Shown here: positions 52,372 through 63,729 of the stretch, one piece after another
Layout: each line of letters begins with the position of its first letter
Numbering within the stretch: the first letter of the stretch is position 1
Source of the DNA: Balamuthia mandrillaris
Taxonomy: Eukaryota
DNA: 64,000 bases
Direction of reading: 5' to 3'
Assembly (NCBI GenBank): GCA_031835245.2
Contig: JAVKOQ020000049.1
Location: 124,001-188,000, forward strand
Program-made: the position numbers and the translations under genes
Notes under the pieces: model-generated
Seen by the model: only the letters and a program-made list of their open reading frames with translations
Told to the model about the DNA's origin: nothing
Database searches by the model: none

Positions 52372-53850
52372 ATGCGGCGACAAAGTGGGTGGTGGACAGG
52401 GACGGTTACTGTGGTGGCAGGGGTGTTGCGCAATGGGTCGTGGAAGAGAGGTGCGTGGATAGGAGGGTGCAGCGTGGTGGCGTGTTATCTACTTGCGTTG
52501 AGTTGGAAGTATCACAAGGGTATGCTGCGTTGGTCCTACTTTGTTTAGTTTTAGTTTATTGTTTAGTCAAATGGATCGTTGTCTAACCCCAATGTTGTTA
52601 TTTTAAAAAAGACCCAAAAGGTTCTTCGTTGGACCTGTTCATCAAACGTTGGCTTACGGAGGGTGAGGGCTACAGAAACTACATACGTATCCACAAGGAT
52701 TCCATCGTTGGACGCACCATTGAAGAAGACTTTGCAGAGGAGCCCGGCGAGCTCCCTGCGCTTCGCATCATGGAGCTATATCAGCCGCCCAACAGGCTTT
52801 TCTCATACCCGTTCCCCGATTTTCTCAGGTATGGCACTCCTTCTTTTTGATACTGTTTGCTCAACGTGCCAACTTTTCCACAGACCTGGTCTCCAACTTG
52901 TTGATGAGATAGGAGCCGACTCTGGCAAAGTTATGGTTCGCATTCCCTCTTTATCTGCCCTCTTGTCTTTTTATCTTGCAGTCTTCTTTCTTTCTGTTTC
53001 TTTCTTGTCGTTTCTTCCCTGCTTGTGGTTCCGTTTACCTGTCTTCTTCTTTTTCTCTCAGTTCTCAGACGAACTGGGGCAATGCCACGTCCTCGAATGG
53101 TGTAGATGTGAGCGTGAGATGCTGGAGCGATTTACGGGGAACGCATTAGAAGAAAGCGCAAACTCCCTCAACACCACGCTCTATCCGCAACATCGGTTCC
53201 TCCATTTCGAAGTCATTCACAGGAAGCAAGGTTTCTACCCTGTGGGCTATCCCGGTCCTGAAGATGAATGGCCCTCCATGGCTTTTTCGACAATGAGCCT
53301 TCCTGAACCGGACTTTAGCTCTGCTGAGCCACAAATCTTTGGCAAACTGGATTGGGTTGAAGGTTCAACGCTCCTTCTTGCTTCTGTTCTGCTTTGGTCG
53401 CTCTCTTCCTCTTCTTTCTCATTATTGACGCGCTTTTTCTCAGGAGATTATCTTTATAGCTTTCGTGCTTCATATCCGATGTTAAAACTGCTGATTGCTC
53501 AGCAACGAGAAGAGGAGAAGGGCAAGAGAACCGTCACCTTAGCAGACATCGACGAAACGAATTTGAACAGGGTGGCGAGATTCTACATGCTATCCTCCGC
53601 GGACTCCTCCAGCATAATCCACTACCTACGCGACGAGGTCTTGGATCAGTACTGGCGGATCTTTCGATGGAAGAGCAAGTACATCGAGGAGGAGGAGGCA
53701 GAGGAGTACCATGACACTAGGAAACGCGTGCAAAGAAAGGCCTGGGCAAGAGCACAACTCAAGTTTCCTGACTTTAGAATCCAACGAATGTTGAAGTCTC
53801 GAAGCGACAACGCCCTTCTCCATAACTTTGTGGAAATGCTGTTTGCATGA
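52372..53850 (+). CDS. Uncharacterised protein with one N-terminal hydrophobic segment, multi-exon
   Basis: ORF segments separated by GT-AG, CT-rich introns; no family recognised. Confidence 0.55.
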
Positions 53851-54120
53851 GGTCGTTGTTGCGTTTCACCGACAAAGAAAACCGAAACTTGTCCATTCTC
53901 AAAGGGAAAAACAAAATCTTCACCCTTAGGAGTCGAACCTACGGAGGGAGCTTAAATTTTTCCAAGAAAAAATATTTCAGCAACGAAATTTTTTCTTTTA
54001 AAAAGTTCCCGCCAAAAAGTCTTTTGTCTCCCCCAAATAACAATTGGAGCGCAAAAGCAAACCAAACGGCTAACAAACAGCAGCACCAAAAGAAAAAGAA
54101 ACACACAGACACACATCGTC

Positions 54121-55518
54121 ATGAGCGGTTTTCACAGAGGTGGAGGAGGTTTGTGGCCACCACCACCAAGATTTTTGATCTGCTACTCTCCAACTGTGTG
54201 TGGCCCTAACCTGATCGCTTTTCTTTGCTCTCTCAATCCCCCTTCTCCCCCCCCCTCTTTTTTTTTTTTGAAAGGATTTGGTGGTCGCATTGGAGGAGGA
54301 CATCAATCCACGTTTGACACGACGAGCGCGCCGCGCACACCCCCACAGGATAACTATGGCGGCGGCGGCGGCGGCCACTACAACAGCAGTCCCAGCGGCT
54401 TTGCTGGCGGTGGCGGGGGCTTCAACCCCAGCGAACACCAAGACTCCCCCAGCAGCCCCTCTGGTAAGGGCGGCGGAAGCAACGTCCCTACCTTCACCCC
54501 TGTCACGGTGAGGCAGCTCTACAACGCACGCCAGGCACACCCTGATGACAGCTTCACTGTCGATGGCAAACAGCTCAATCAGGTAAAATAGAGCCTTCTC
54601 TCTCTCTCTCTCGCTTTGCTTTTAGTTTTTGTGGCATTAACACGGCGTTTACTACTTGTGAAACAAAGATTACGGTGGTAGGTCAGATCGTTTCTGTCTC
54701 TGTGCAGTCCACGAAGGTGGAACTGCAGCTGGACGACTCCACGGGAAAGATCTACGTTTGCATGTGGCTCAACTTGGAGGAGAACAACGAATACGCGGCC
54801 GAACAACGTGCTCAATGGAGGTACCCACCCTTTTTCTTTCTCTCTTTTTCTCTCGGCTCATTCGTATCTTCCCCCCCTCTTCCATTGAACTTCAATCAAC
54901 AGAGAGGGAGTTTACGTGCGGGTGATAGGTCACCTGCGTTCTTTCTTGCAAGCCAGGAGTATCACCGCCTTCAGGATTCACCCCATCCAGGACTTTAACG
55001 AAATCACGTTCCACCTCTTGGACACTATCTACGTCCACCTCTACAACACCCGTGGTCCCTTGGTATCGTTTCTCTTTGTTCCGGACATGTCTCTGTTCTA
55101 TCGTCTTGCTTTTCGCTTCTCTCTCTCTCTCTCTCTCCAAAGACTTACTTTTCTTCAGGATGCTCAACCAGGAGCGGTAGTATCTCATGGTCACTCTTCT
55201 TCCACAACAACAAGCAGCAGTGGAGGCGGAGGATGGGGAGGTCCCTTCCAACATTCTACTGGTGGTGGTGGTGGCTATGCTCCTCAACAACAACGAGGCG
55301 GTGGGCATGTAGGAACAGAGGTGGGACAAGCGGTGTTGGAGGTGATTCGCGGGGAGCGAGACCCAAAGGGCATATCAGTACAGAACATAACGGCGGCCTT
55401 GTCCTCCATGGCCACCGACACGCAGATCAGAGACACCATCGAAGCGCTCAAGAACGAGGCCCTCATTTATTCTCCGATGCCCGACCGTTTTCGTGCCAGT
55501 GATTTAGGCGGTCTGTAA
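54121..55518 (+). CDS. RPA2: Replication protein A 32-kDa subunit
   Basis: Gly-rich N-terminus, GGGF, PVTVRQL, LDDSTGKI, YVRVIGHLRSF, DFNEITFHLL, winged-helix C-terminus. Confidence 0.93.
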
Positions 55519-55882
55519 ACATCCAACCAAGGCGGCGCCAAACCTTCTCTTCCTTCTCCTTTTTTTGTAAGCCAAAAAACTTCTCTCTTTCTTCGCTGCT
55601 TCGCTTTTGCTGGGCCCTCTCCCACCAACAGGTGGTGCAACCTACCATGACGACACGCCACTTCTGGTAATGACGACACGAAAGTAAGTACTACCAAAAA
55701 AAAACTACTTGGAAAAAAAATCCTCCGAGGGGAGAGTGGCGACCCCTTGGCAAGGCGTTACATCGTCACCATCAACCCACCACCCCACCACCCACTTTCT
55801 CTCTCTCTCTCTCTCGCTCTCTCTCTCTGTTTCTAGCAGTGGCGTTGTTTGTTTTCGTTGGTGAGCCAAAAAAAACACGAGG

Positions 55883-57601
55883 ATGAGGTCCTTCAAACCG
55901 ACGCTCAAGGGCGTGTTAGACTTTGGGCCAGACTTGGCAAGCAGCTGGAAAGATGGAGAGGATGGCCACCACCACCACGAAGACGATGGCTTGGGCTTGA
56001 CAGAGGAAGACCTGCTGGCCTCCTCCCTGATGGGTCACAAAGGGCCGCCCCTCCTTCTTGGGGTTTACTCCAAAGAGTTCGTCATGGAGACCTTTGAGCA
56101 GTTTGGCATCACGCCGCGGCTGCATGGGGCTGGCTTTGACCACCTCGAGTTCCAGCTGGACACCTCCGACCCGTTTGTGCACCACCTGTTGGTCACGGAT
56201 GAGCGGCTGAAGCACAACCCAACGCCAACCGACCGTCACCTGCTCTCCCTCTTTGTTCGACGACAGCAAATGCGAGTCTGTGACTTTGTTGCTCGTCCTT
56301 CATCACCTCCACCACAAGTGGGAGGAGGAGGAGAAGGAGAGCAAGCTGAAAGCAAAGGAGAGGTGAAACAGCTTTATGTGAGGGAGACCTGTAGAGAGTG
56401 TAGTGAGTGGATGGAAGGACGGCTGAAGGAGGTGGAGCTGAAGATCAGCGTCATTGAGTGGCTGTCCATGCAGAATCCCGTGCAAGAGTTTCGAGAGGAG
56501 CGGCCTCGGTTGCCTGGGCAGGACCATCCTGGCCTTGGTGTTGCTCGCCCGGTGCGACCTCTTCTCTGCTTCTTGTTCTTCTTCTCTCTTCCGCTTCTCT
56601 TCATGTTTCTTGCGTGCTCTGCTCTTCTCTTCATTCCATATCTTACTCTCTAGTTGCAATAGTTCTTGGACATGCTGTTACATCTAGCTCAAAAACAAGG
56701 TGCTCTTCTTGCTGTTTTTTGTTGCTTTCAGTTGTTGCCTGACTTTAGTTCTCTGTTTGTTGTAACAGGAAGGGATGGGTTATTGAATAAGCCACAGTAC
56801 TATCACAACGCGTATCTTTATGCCAACAAAGGCTTTCTGTTCGTGTCTCCACAAGATGAAGCCTTCTATCGCACTATCACCATGGACCTTCAACAAGAAC
56901 TAGAAGACAAAGGACTTGCTGGTTGGGTGTCCTCCCTTTGTTTTGTTGACTTGGTTATTGAATATTTAAGCTCATTGGCTCTGTTAAAAATGTTTCAGCG
57001 GTTTCATGGGCCATCTTTGGCGATTGTTTGCGATGCACTACATCGGGGAATGCCATTGTTAGGTTCGCTTCTCCTCATTATTCTTTTGCTTCATTTCCTC
57101 TTCTTGTTCTTGTTCTTCTCTTCTTCTTTCTTGTATTTGTGGATGTCCACCTTCCTCTTGTTCGTCTCTTGTTGTTATTGCTCTTCTGCTTCTTCTGTGT
57201 ATCTCTTCTCGCGCTTGCTCTCCTTTCCTATCTCGTTATCTCTCGTCTTTTTCTTTCTTTTTCTTTCTCTTTCTCTTTCCCTTTCCCTTTTCTTTTTCTT
57301 CCTCAACCCTTCCACCCTTCTTGTTTGTTGCTTACATTCAACTGACTTTTTAAATAGATGGGAAAAGTTACCTCAAATGCGTTCAATGTCTGCAACAATG
57401 TCGTCTTACTTTGAAGATGAGACCTATGAGCAATTGGTGCAAAAATGCATGCGGCCAGGCAGCTTTCACATCGACTGGACAGCACCTGGTGCAACCTATG
57501 CGTTGTCCTTTAGGGTAGCTCCGGCCATCCACAAAACTACTGGCGAAAACGAGGAGGAAAACAAGCAACAAGAACGGAGATGGAAGCAAGAGCAGCAATA
57601 A
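55883..57601 (+). CDS. Bacterial-like uncharacterised protein, multi-exon
   Basis: LLGVYSKE, IEWLSMQNP, RPRLPGQDHPGLG, GRDGLLNKPQYYHNAYLY. Confidence 0.7.
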
Positions 57602-57830
57602 GAAAAGCAGAAAATAACAGTCTGTCAGTAATCTTTTGTAAAGAATTGAAAAGAGTGTTGATATTTCTTGTTCTCTCTCTCTCTCTCTTTCTCTTTTGTC
57701 TCTGTTTCTCGATCTTAATTCATTACATTGTTATCATTTACAATATGTAATGTAGGCTATCTTAGTCCTCGTTTTCTAAAGTTGTTTTTAAAACTAGAAA
57801 AGCTGCGAAGAAAGAAAAGAAACTGCGGAA

Positions 57831-58017
57831 ATGAGCTTCTCTAGAGTTTGTTTCATGCTTTTGCTGGTGACGGCACAACTGGTGTCGCCCGTGGTTTGTG
57901 TCCATCAACACAGACTGCTTCATAATGCGAAGATAGGGTCGTCCGCAAACACTTTCGCTGATGTGACCTGCGACAACACCCTCAGCTGGGAAGAATTCAT
58001 TCCCAGCATTCCAAGTA

Positions 58018-58054
<37 letters not shown>

Positions 58055-58618
58055 GCTGCTGCTTAATACGAAAGAAAAACAAAAACAGAGCATCCAGAGT
58101 TGGGAGGCACGCTTTTCATCTCCCAACAACTGGACTGTGGCCACTACAATCGTTCCCGCTGGTTCGTTGACCCAAACCAACCCAAGCCGGATTATGCAGA
58201 CTCCTCCATCATACTGGTGCAACCCCCTCCTTCTCCCTTCCTTTTGGATGGCGTTGCCTGGGAAGAGTCCATCTACGTGGAGCCCACATTTGATCCATTG
58301 GCGCACGACCGATCGAGGTGGCTTTGGGCAGCGGATGGCAGGACGCTCATTTGGGATGAGGTCTTCGAGCACCATGCCAACCAACAACAGCCAAAGGTGT
58401 TAGCCTCTCGTTTTGCGGCCACGATCGAAGTCTACAAGTCGGTAAATGGCACGACGGTGAATAGAGAGCGAGTGTTCTCTTCCCGAAGCTTCGTTACGCC
58501 AGATGACAATGGTGAGGGCGTGAAAGTGGAGTTTTTGCATGAAACTACAATGCTAAACAAAACGGCTGCAGCAAGAGCCGTTGGAAAGGAGTACCATCAT
58601 ACCTTGGCTACACAATAA
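57831..58618 (+). CDS. Secreted protein of unknown function, 2 exons
   Basis: Signal peptide MSFSRVCFMLLLVTAQLVSPVVC; intron ~58015-58090 joins in frame to KHPELGGTLF. Confidence 0.65.
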
Positions 58619-58651
58619 GAATAAAACTGTTCATCGGTTTGTCGAATCTCT

Positions 58652-59845
58652 CTAACAGCACACGAAGCCGGATTGATACATCCACGCAACTATATCGCTG
58701 TGCCCCTGCTGCATAGCAGCAGCAATGCATGCTTCTCTGTTACAAGGACAGCCGTTCTCTACTGCCCACGTCAGTGTTTCCAAATGGCCGGCCTTCGTTG
58801 CCTCGATGCACGTCTGCTGGTCCCATTCACATCCGTTCTGGTGAGCCCATTTCAACACCGCCAAATGCCCTCCTCTGGCTGCTTTGGCACAAGTAGTTGC
58901 TGACCATGGGATAGCTTCACCTTGTTCGCGAGCCCAACGCAGAATATGTAGCTGGCCACGGGCGGCGGCAGTGTCACACAGCTTGTCCTTCACATGCCGC
59001 CAGACGGCTGGTGTCTCCTTGAGCCAGCGAACTATCCTTCGGCGGCCGCTAAACAATGCGACCATAGGCAGTTCTTCGCTCATTGGCCAGCCGTTGTCGT
59101 AGGCCCATTTCACGATTGACAAATGGCCACTGTGGGCTGCTCCTGTTAAACCCCACTCATTGCTAGGGCAACCCTGCTCCCACGCCCATTTCAGCACCAC
59201 CAAATGTCCGTTCGTTGCTGCTGCGATGGCACTGCAGGTCCTAGCCCCACTCCAAGCACACCCCGCTTCCGTGTGAAGCCATTTCAGCACCTCCCACTGC
59301 CCTCCCAACGCTGCATTCGTATCTGGGCACCACCTCTTGCAATCAAGTTCGCGCTGGTTGGCAAGTACCCAGCGAAGCACTTGCAAGTGGCCCTGCCTGG
59401 CCGCCATGGCGAAAGCGCAAGGACTCCAAGGACAGCCCTGTTCCAGAGCCCACTGAAGCACATGCAAATGGCCGTGGAAGGCTGCTTGTTCACAGGTTTG
59501 GCCGTCCCAAGGGCAGTCTTGCGTGCAGCGGAGCCATTGCAAGGTAAAGAGGTTGCCCATAGCAGCGACTTTGGCGCAGGAACGTTGGTCCACGAAGTAG
59601 CCGTTTCGCAGCGACCATTTCAACATGTTTACAGAGGCGCAAGCCGTTGAAGCTGTGAAAAAATGCCGCTTGTCTTCTTCTCCTTCTTGTGGAAAACAAG
59701 AGAACCAACGTTTGCACGTTCTGGCAGCCACGGCGGCCATGCCACAAGGTAACATGGACAGGATGGCGGCCAGCATTTCCGCTGGTAGGTCATATATCGT
59801 TGGCAAGCCAGGCGCGGCCTCCGCTTGTTTGTCGGCTCTTTTCAT
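58652..59845 (-). CDS. F-box + ankyrin-repeat protein, intronless
   Basis: DLPAEMLAAILSML...TCKRW; repeated W-x3-C-x2-AA-x2-GHLxVLxW-x4-GCPW units. Confidence 0.9.
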   Translation of the reverse strand: MKRADKQAEAAPGLPTIYDLPAEMLAAILSMLPCGMAAVAARTCKRWFSCFPQEGEEDKRHFFTASTACASVNMLKWSLRNGYFVDQRSCAKVAAMGNLFTLQWLRCTQDCPWDGQTCEQAAFHGHLHVLQWALEQGCPWSPCAFAMAARQGHLQVLRWVLANQRELDCKRWCPDTNAALGGQWEVLKWLHTEAGCAWSGARTCSAIAAATNGHLVVLKWAWEQGCPSNEWGLTGAAHSGHLSIVKWAYDNGWPMSEELPMVALFSGRRRIVRWLKETPAVWRHVKDKLCDTAAARGQLHILRWAREQGEAIPWSATTCAKAARGGHLAVLKWAHQNGCEWDQQTCIEATKAGHLETLTWAVENGCPCNREACIAAAMQQGHSDIVAWMYQSGFVCC

Positions 59846-59897
59846 ATTATCCTATCTCTGTCTTTTTGTTGTTTTCGTTTTCGTCTCCATAAGAGAA

Positions 59898-60033
59898 AAG
59901 CCAGGAGGGGCTGTGGAGTGAGAAACCAAGAAGGTGTTTCTTTCTTTCTTTTTATCCTCCTCTTTTCATCCTTCAAGCCAGGAGGGGCTGTGGAGTGAGA
60001 AACCAAGAAGGTGTTTCTTTCTTTCTTTTTTAT
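59898..60033. repeat. ~58-bp direct repeat, two copies, period 77
   Basis: AAGCCAGGAGGGGCTGTGGAGTGAGAAACCAAGAAGGTGTTTCTTTCTTTCTTTTT at 59898 and 59975. Confidence 0.9.
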
Positions 60034-60402
60034 TCTCATCCCTGCAGGGGAACAAAGCCATGACGACCCGAAAAAACCTGGTCCCTTGCTGCACATCCTG
60101 TGCACACTTGCATCGGTTTCAGCTAAAACAAAAAAATTGAAAGAAAGTCTTTCTTCTCTCTCTTTTTTTTTTTTTAAAGAACTAGAAAGCATTGCTCCCC
60201 ACCGCGCCGCGCCGCGCCTCGCCTCGCCTCTAAATCTCGTGCTTCTTTCGGTTCGTTGTTTCTTCTCCTCTTCTTCCTTTTTTTTTTTTTTTTTTGCCAA
60301 AAAAAAAAATATAATCATTTGCGTGCGATATCTCATGTATGTTTCGATTTCATTCATCAGCGGGTTTGACGACAAATAAATAAATAAAAAGGCAGCAAGA
60401 AA

Positions 60403-62210
60403 ATGTTTGATTGGTTCTACTGGGCGCCGAAAAGGCCGGAAGACTATCCGGAACGCAAGGAAACCGTGTTCGCGGGCAAGTGGCAGAATGAGCACGGGCA
60501 GACCATCGAGCTGCGGCACGGCGACATCACCATGGAGGACACCGTCGCCATCGTCAACGCCGCCAACTCTCGTTTGGCTCATGGCTCTGGTAGCCTTCCT
60601 ACCTCCCCTTCCCTCTTCCTTTTGTTTTTTTTAAAAGACAGATGGTTATTTTCTCTCGTAGTCTGCTCTCTTTTCTTCTTCTTTTCTTCTTCGCTCTGCA
60701 TTCTTCTTCGCTTTTTCTTCTTTCTACTCTTTCTCTTCTCTTTCTTCTCTATCTTCTCATTCTTCTCATTCTTCTCTTTCTTCTTTCTTGCTTTCTTCTC
60801 TTTCTTCTCTTTCTTCTCCTTCTTTTTCTGCATTCTTTCTGCTCTCTTTTCTTTCTTCTGGTTCTTCTCTTTCTCTTCTCTTTCTTCTCTTTCTTCTTTT
60901 CCTGCGTTCTTTCTTCTCTCTTTTCTTTCGTTCTCTTCTTTCTCCCCTCTTTCCTCCGTCTAACACTTGTTTTTTACCCATAATAAACAAACAACAGGTG
61001 TGGCAGGAGCCATTCGTCATAAGGGAGGACCGGTCATCATGAAAGAGAGCGAGAAGATCATCAAACGCAAGAAGGAGGTGCCCACCGGCGAGGCCGTCCT
61101 CACTCACTCTGGCTGGCTGTACTGCAAGTACGTCATCCACGCGGTAGGACCCATCTGGTCGGGCGGCAAGAAGGGAGAGCCGGAGGAACTGGTCGCGTCC
61201 GTTAAGAACAGCTTGTTGTTGGCGCATAAGAGGAAGATGGAGTCCATCGCCATGCCCGCCATTGGCAGTGGCATCTTTGGGTTTGTGTCGTCTTCTTTTT
61301 CTTCTCAGCGTTTGTTGCTAACTATGGTTTTAACTTTAGTTTTCCAAAGCCGCTTTGTGCAGAGTTGATGTTCCAAACTACCATCGACTTTTTTAACGTT
61401 GGATCCTCTCATCCTCTCTGTTTAGAAGATGTTATACTTTGTTCTCTGGGTAACTAATTCCTATGATTTTTTTTTCTCAAACATGAAGGAATTTCCAAAG
61501 AGTAAGCTGCGCCTTGTCCGTTTTACGAACTTTGATAAGCCTACCGTTATCATCTTTCAGCAAGAATTCGAGGTTTAACTTTTCGTCCTCTCTTCTCTGT
61601 TCTCTCTGTTTATAGTTCCTTGTAATCTGTCTCTATGCTTATTTTCTATTTCTTCTATATCTTCTATTTCTCCTTCTTTTTCTTCTTCTTGTTCTTCTTC
61701 TTCTTCTTCTTCTTCTTCTTCTTGTTCTTCTTGTTCTTCTTCTTCTTCTTCTTGTTCTTCTTGTTCTTCTTCTTCTTCTTCTTCTTCTTCTTCTTCTTCT
61801 CCTTCCTCTCCTTCTTCCTTTCAATATAGAAACGATTTGGCGAACTAGATTCAGCTTTGAAGATCGTGGATGACTCCCCAAAGACACGGAAGAAAGGTGG
61901 AGGCAAGGGAGGACCTTCCTCGGCGACACAGAAGAAGAATAAGAATGCAAAGGAGGACGAAGAGAATGAGTCATCATCTTCCTCTTCTGGTGAAGGCGAA
62001 GAACCGGAAGTAAAAGACACAAAGAAGAATAAGGATAAGCAGAAAGACAAAGAAGGAGAAAGCGAAGAGAAAGAGTCGGACGAAGAGAAGAAAGACACGA
62101 AGAAAGATGGAGAAAATGATGAAGGAGATAACAAGGAAGATGCTAAAGGAGACAGTTCAGCTGAAGGAGAATCCTCTTCGTCGGAAAGTGAAGAAGAAAA
62201 CGATGAGTAA
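60403..62210 (+). CDS. Macrodomain protein (MacroD-type ADP-ribose binding/hydrolase) with charged tail, multi-exon
   Basis: GDIT, AIVNAAN, HGS|GVAGAI, YVIHAVGP, SIAMPAIGSGIFG. Confidence 0.92.
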
Positions 62211-62520
62211 GGACTGCACGTCCTTTTTCAAAAGCTTCAAATACTTCTTCTTTCCATGGCAAGTTTCTCAACATGATGAGCAACTTTCCTTCGGTCGTAA
62301 GCATTATGTATTCATTTTATTCTGTTTAAACTTGCTTTTTCTTTCGTGACTTTTTTCTAACCATTTTCCTCAAAATAGACTCGTTCGTCGAAGACATTTA
62401 TTTACAATTTGTTTTTTAGCTTCATTTGCCTCCCCTCTCTCTCTCTCTCTCTCTCTCTCTTGCTCTTGCTCTTGCTCTTGCTCTTGCTCTTGCTCTTGCT
62501 CTTGCTCTTCTTTCGACTTC

Positions 62521-63333
62521 TTAGATTAAACCGCCAAAACTAGAAGACACCACTTGCACCACATACTCATACTCTGCATCATTCTCCCACTCTACCTCTT
62601 CTCCTCCTTTCCTGCTCCTTCTATGCTTCTTCGTCTGATCAAAACATGAAGAAGAGCAACCCCTGTCAACAACTCTCTCACCATTCTTCCACGCGCCGAC
62701 CCACTTCTGGCCATTCGGATAGAGGAAGACACCAACGCCGTGCTGCTCATCGTTCCTCCACTCTCCAAAGTACTTTGAGCCATCGCTCCACATCATCTTC
62801 CCATGGCCGTGCCTCTGATCCTTCTTCCATTGACCTTCATAGCTTTGCTTCTCTCTTCCCTCTTCGTCCTTCTTCTTCTCCTTCCTTTCACCAGAAGGAA
62901 CTGGAGAAGCAGACAGGAAAGAAGAAGAACTGCACCACCAGGTCATGCTGCCGCTGCCGTGCCTTTGGTTGCGCTTCCATTGGCCTTGATACTCGTCTCC
63001 GTTCTTCCAAACCATCGTGCCTTTGCCATGCAACACCACCGCTAGCTGTCTATTGTCGTCGCCGTGGTCGGAGGACGAAGAAGCAGAAGAAGCGGTGTTC
63101 TTTTTCGATCGACGCTCTTCGATGCCGCTTCTTCTTCCTCTGTCGTTTTGTTGGAAGAACGAGAAGACCGGATGGGCGATGATTTGTTTGGGGCGGACCT
63201 CTTTGTACTCGCCTTCATAGAGAAGATACGGACAAGAAGGATCGTGGCCGTCGAAGCGGATCCTGATGCAGTTGTCGCTGTGGTGGCCCGATTGCTCCTC
63301 GATGGAGAGATGTTGCGCGCAATGGTTCCCCAT
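62521..63333 (-). CDS. MORN-repeat protein, intronless
   Basis: HGKGTMVWKNGDEYQGQWKRNQRHGSG, YEGQWKKDQRHGHG, YFGEWRNDEQHGVG; likely start MGNHC. Confidence 0.85.
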   Translation of the reverse strand: MGNHCAQHLSIEEQSGHHSDNCIRIRFDGHDPSCPYLLYEGEYKEVRPKQIIAHPVFSFFQQNDRGRRSGIEERRSKKNTASSASSSSDHGDDNRQLAVVLHGKGTMVWKNGDEYQGQWKRNQRHGSGSMTWWCSSSSFLSASPVPSGERKEKKKDEEGREKQSYEGQWKKDQRHGHGKMMWSDGSKYFGEWRNDEQHGVGVFLYPNGQKWVGAWKNGERVVDRGCSSSCFDQTKKHRRSRKGGEEVEWENDAEYEYVVQVVSSSFGGLI

Positions 63334-63729
63334 TTTTCTTTTTCTTTTGTGTGTTGACGCGTCGTTTGAGAAGAGAGTATCTGTGTCGTTATAGCCCTTA
63401 CGAGCTCCAACGAACAGCTCCATTTATTCTTACGAGCCACACCCAAAGAATGGATGGATGGATGGACGTTCCATGACGCTTCAAAGTTAGAAGAAGGACG
63501 AGTCACCCATTACATATTTTGTTTTTCTTTCACGAAGAGACACTTTTTCGTCAATCAAAAATTTTCGAGTCGTCCCGATGAGAATTTCCATGTCGTCACG
63601 AATAAATTTGAACAGCAAAGCTGCTGCTTTTCACTAGAATTTTTGCAGCGAAGGTGCAGCCTAAGTCTCATGTCGACATGGTAATAAGCGTGCAAAATAA
63701 AAAAAAGAAGTGAAAAACCAAAGAGGAAG

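Noticed and set aside
59898..60033. CRISPR-like or LTR-like repeat
   Set aside because: Only two copies, eukaryotic context, no cas, transposase or reverse transcriptase in the window
61635..62134. Poly-Phe, poly-Arg and poly-Lys ORFs
   Set aside because: (TTC)n tract in the last intron of the macrodomain gene
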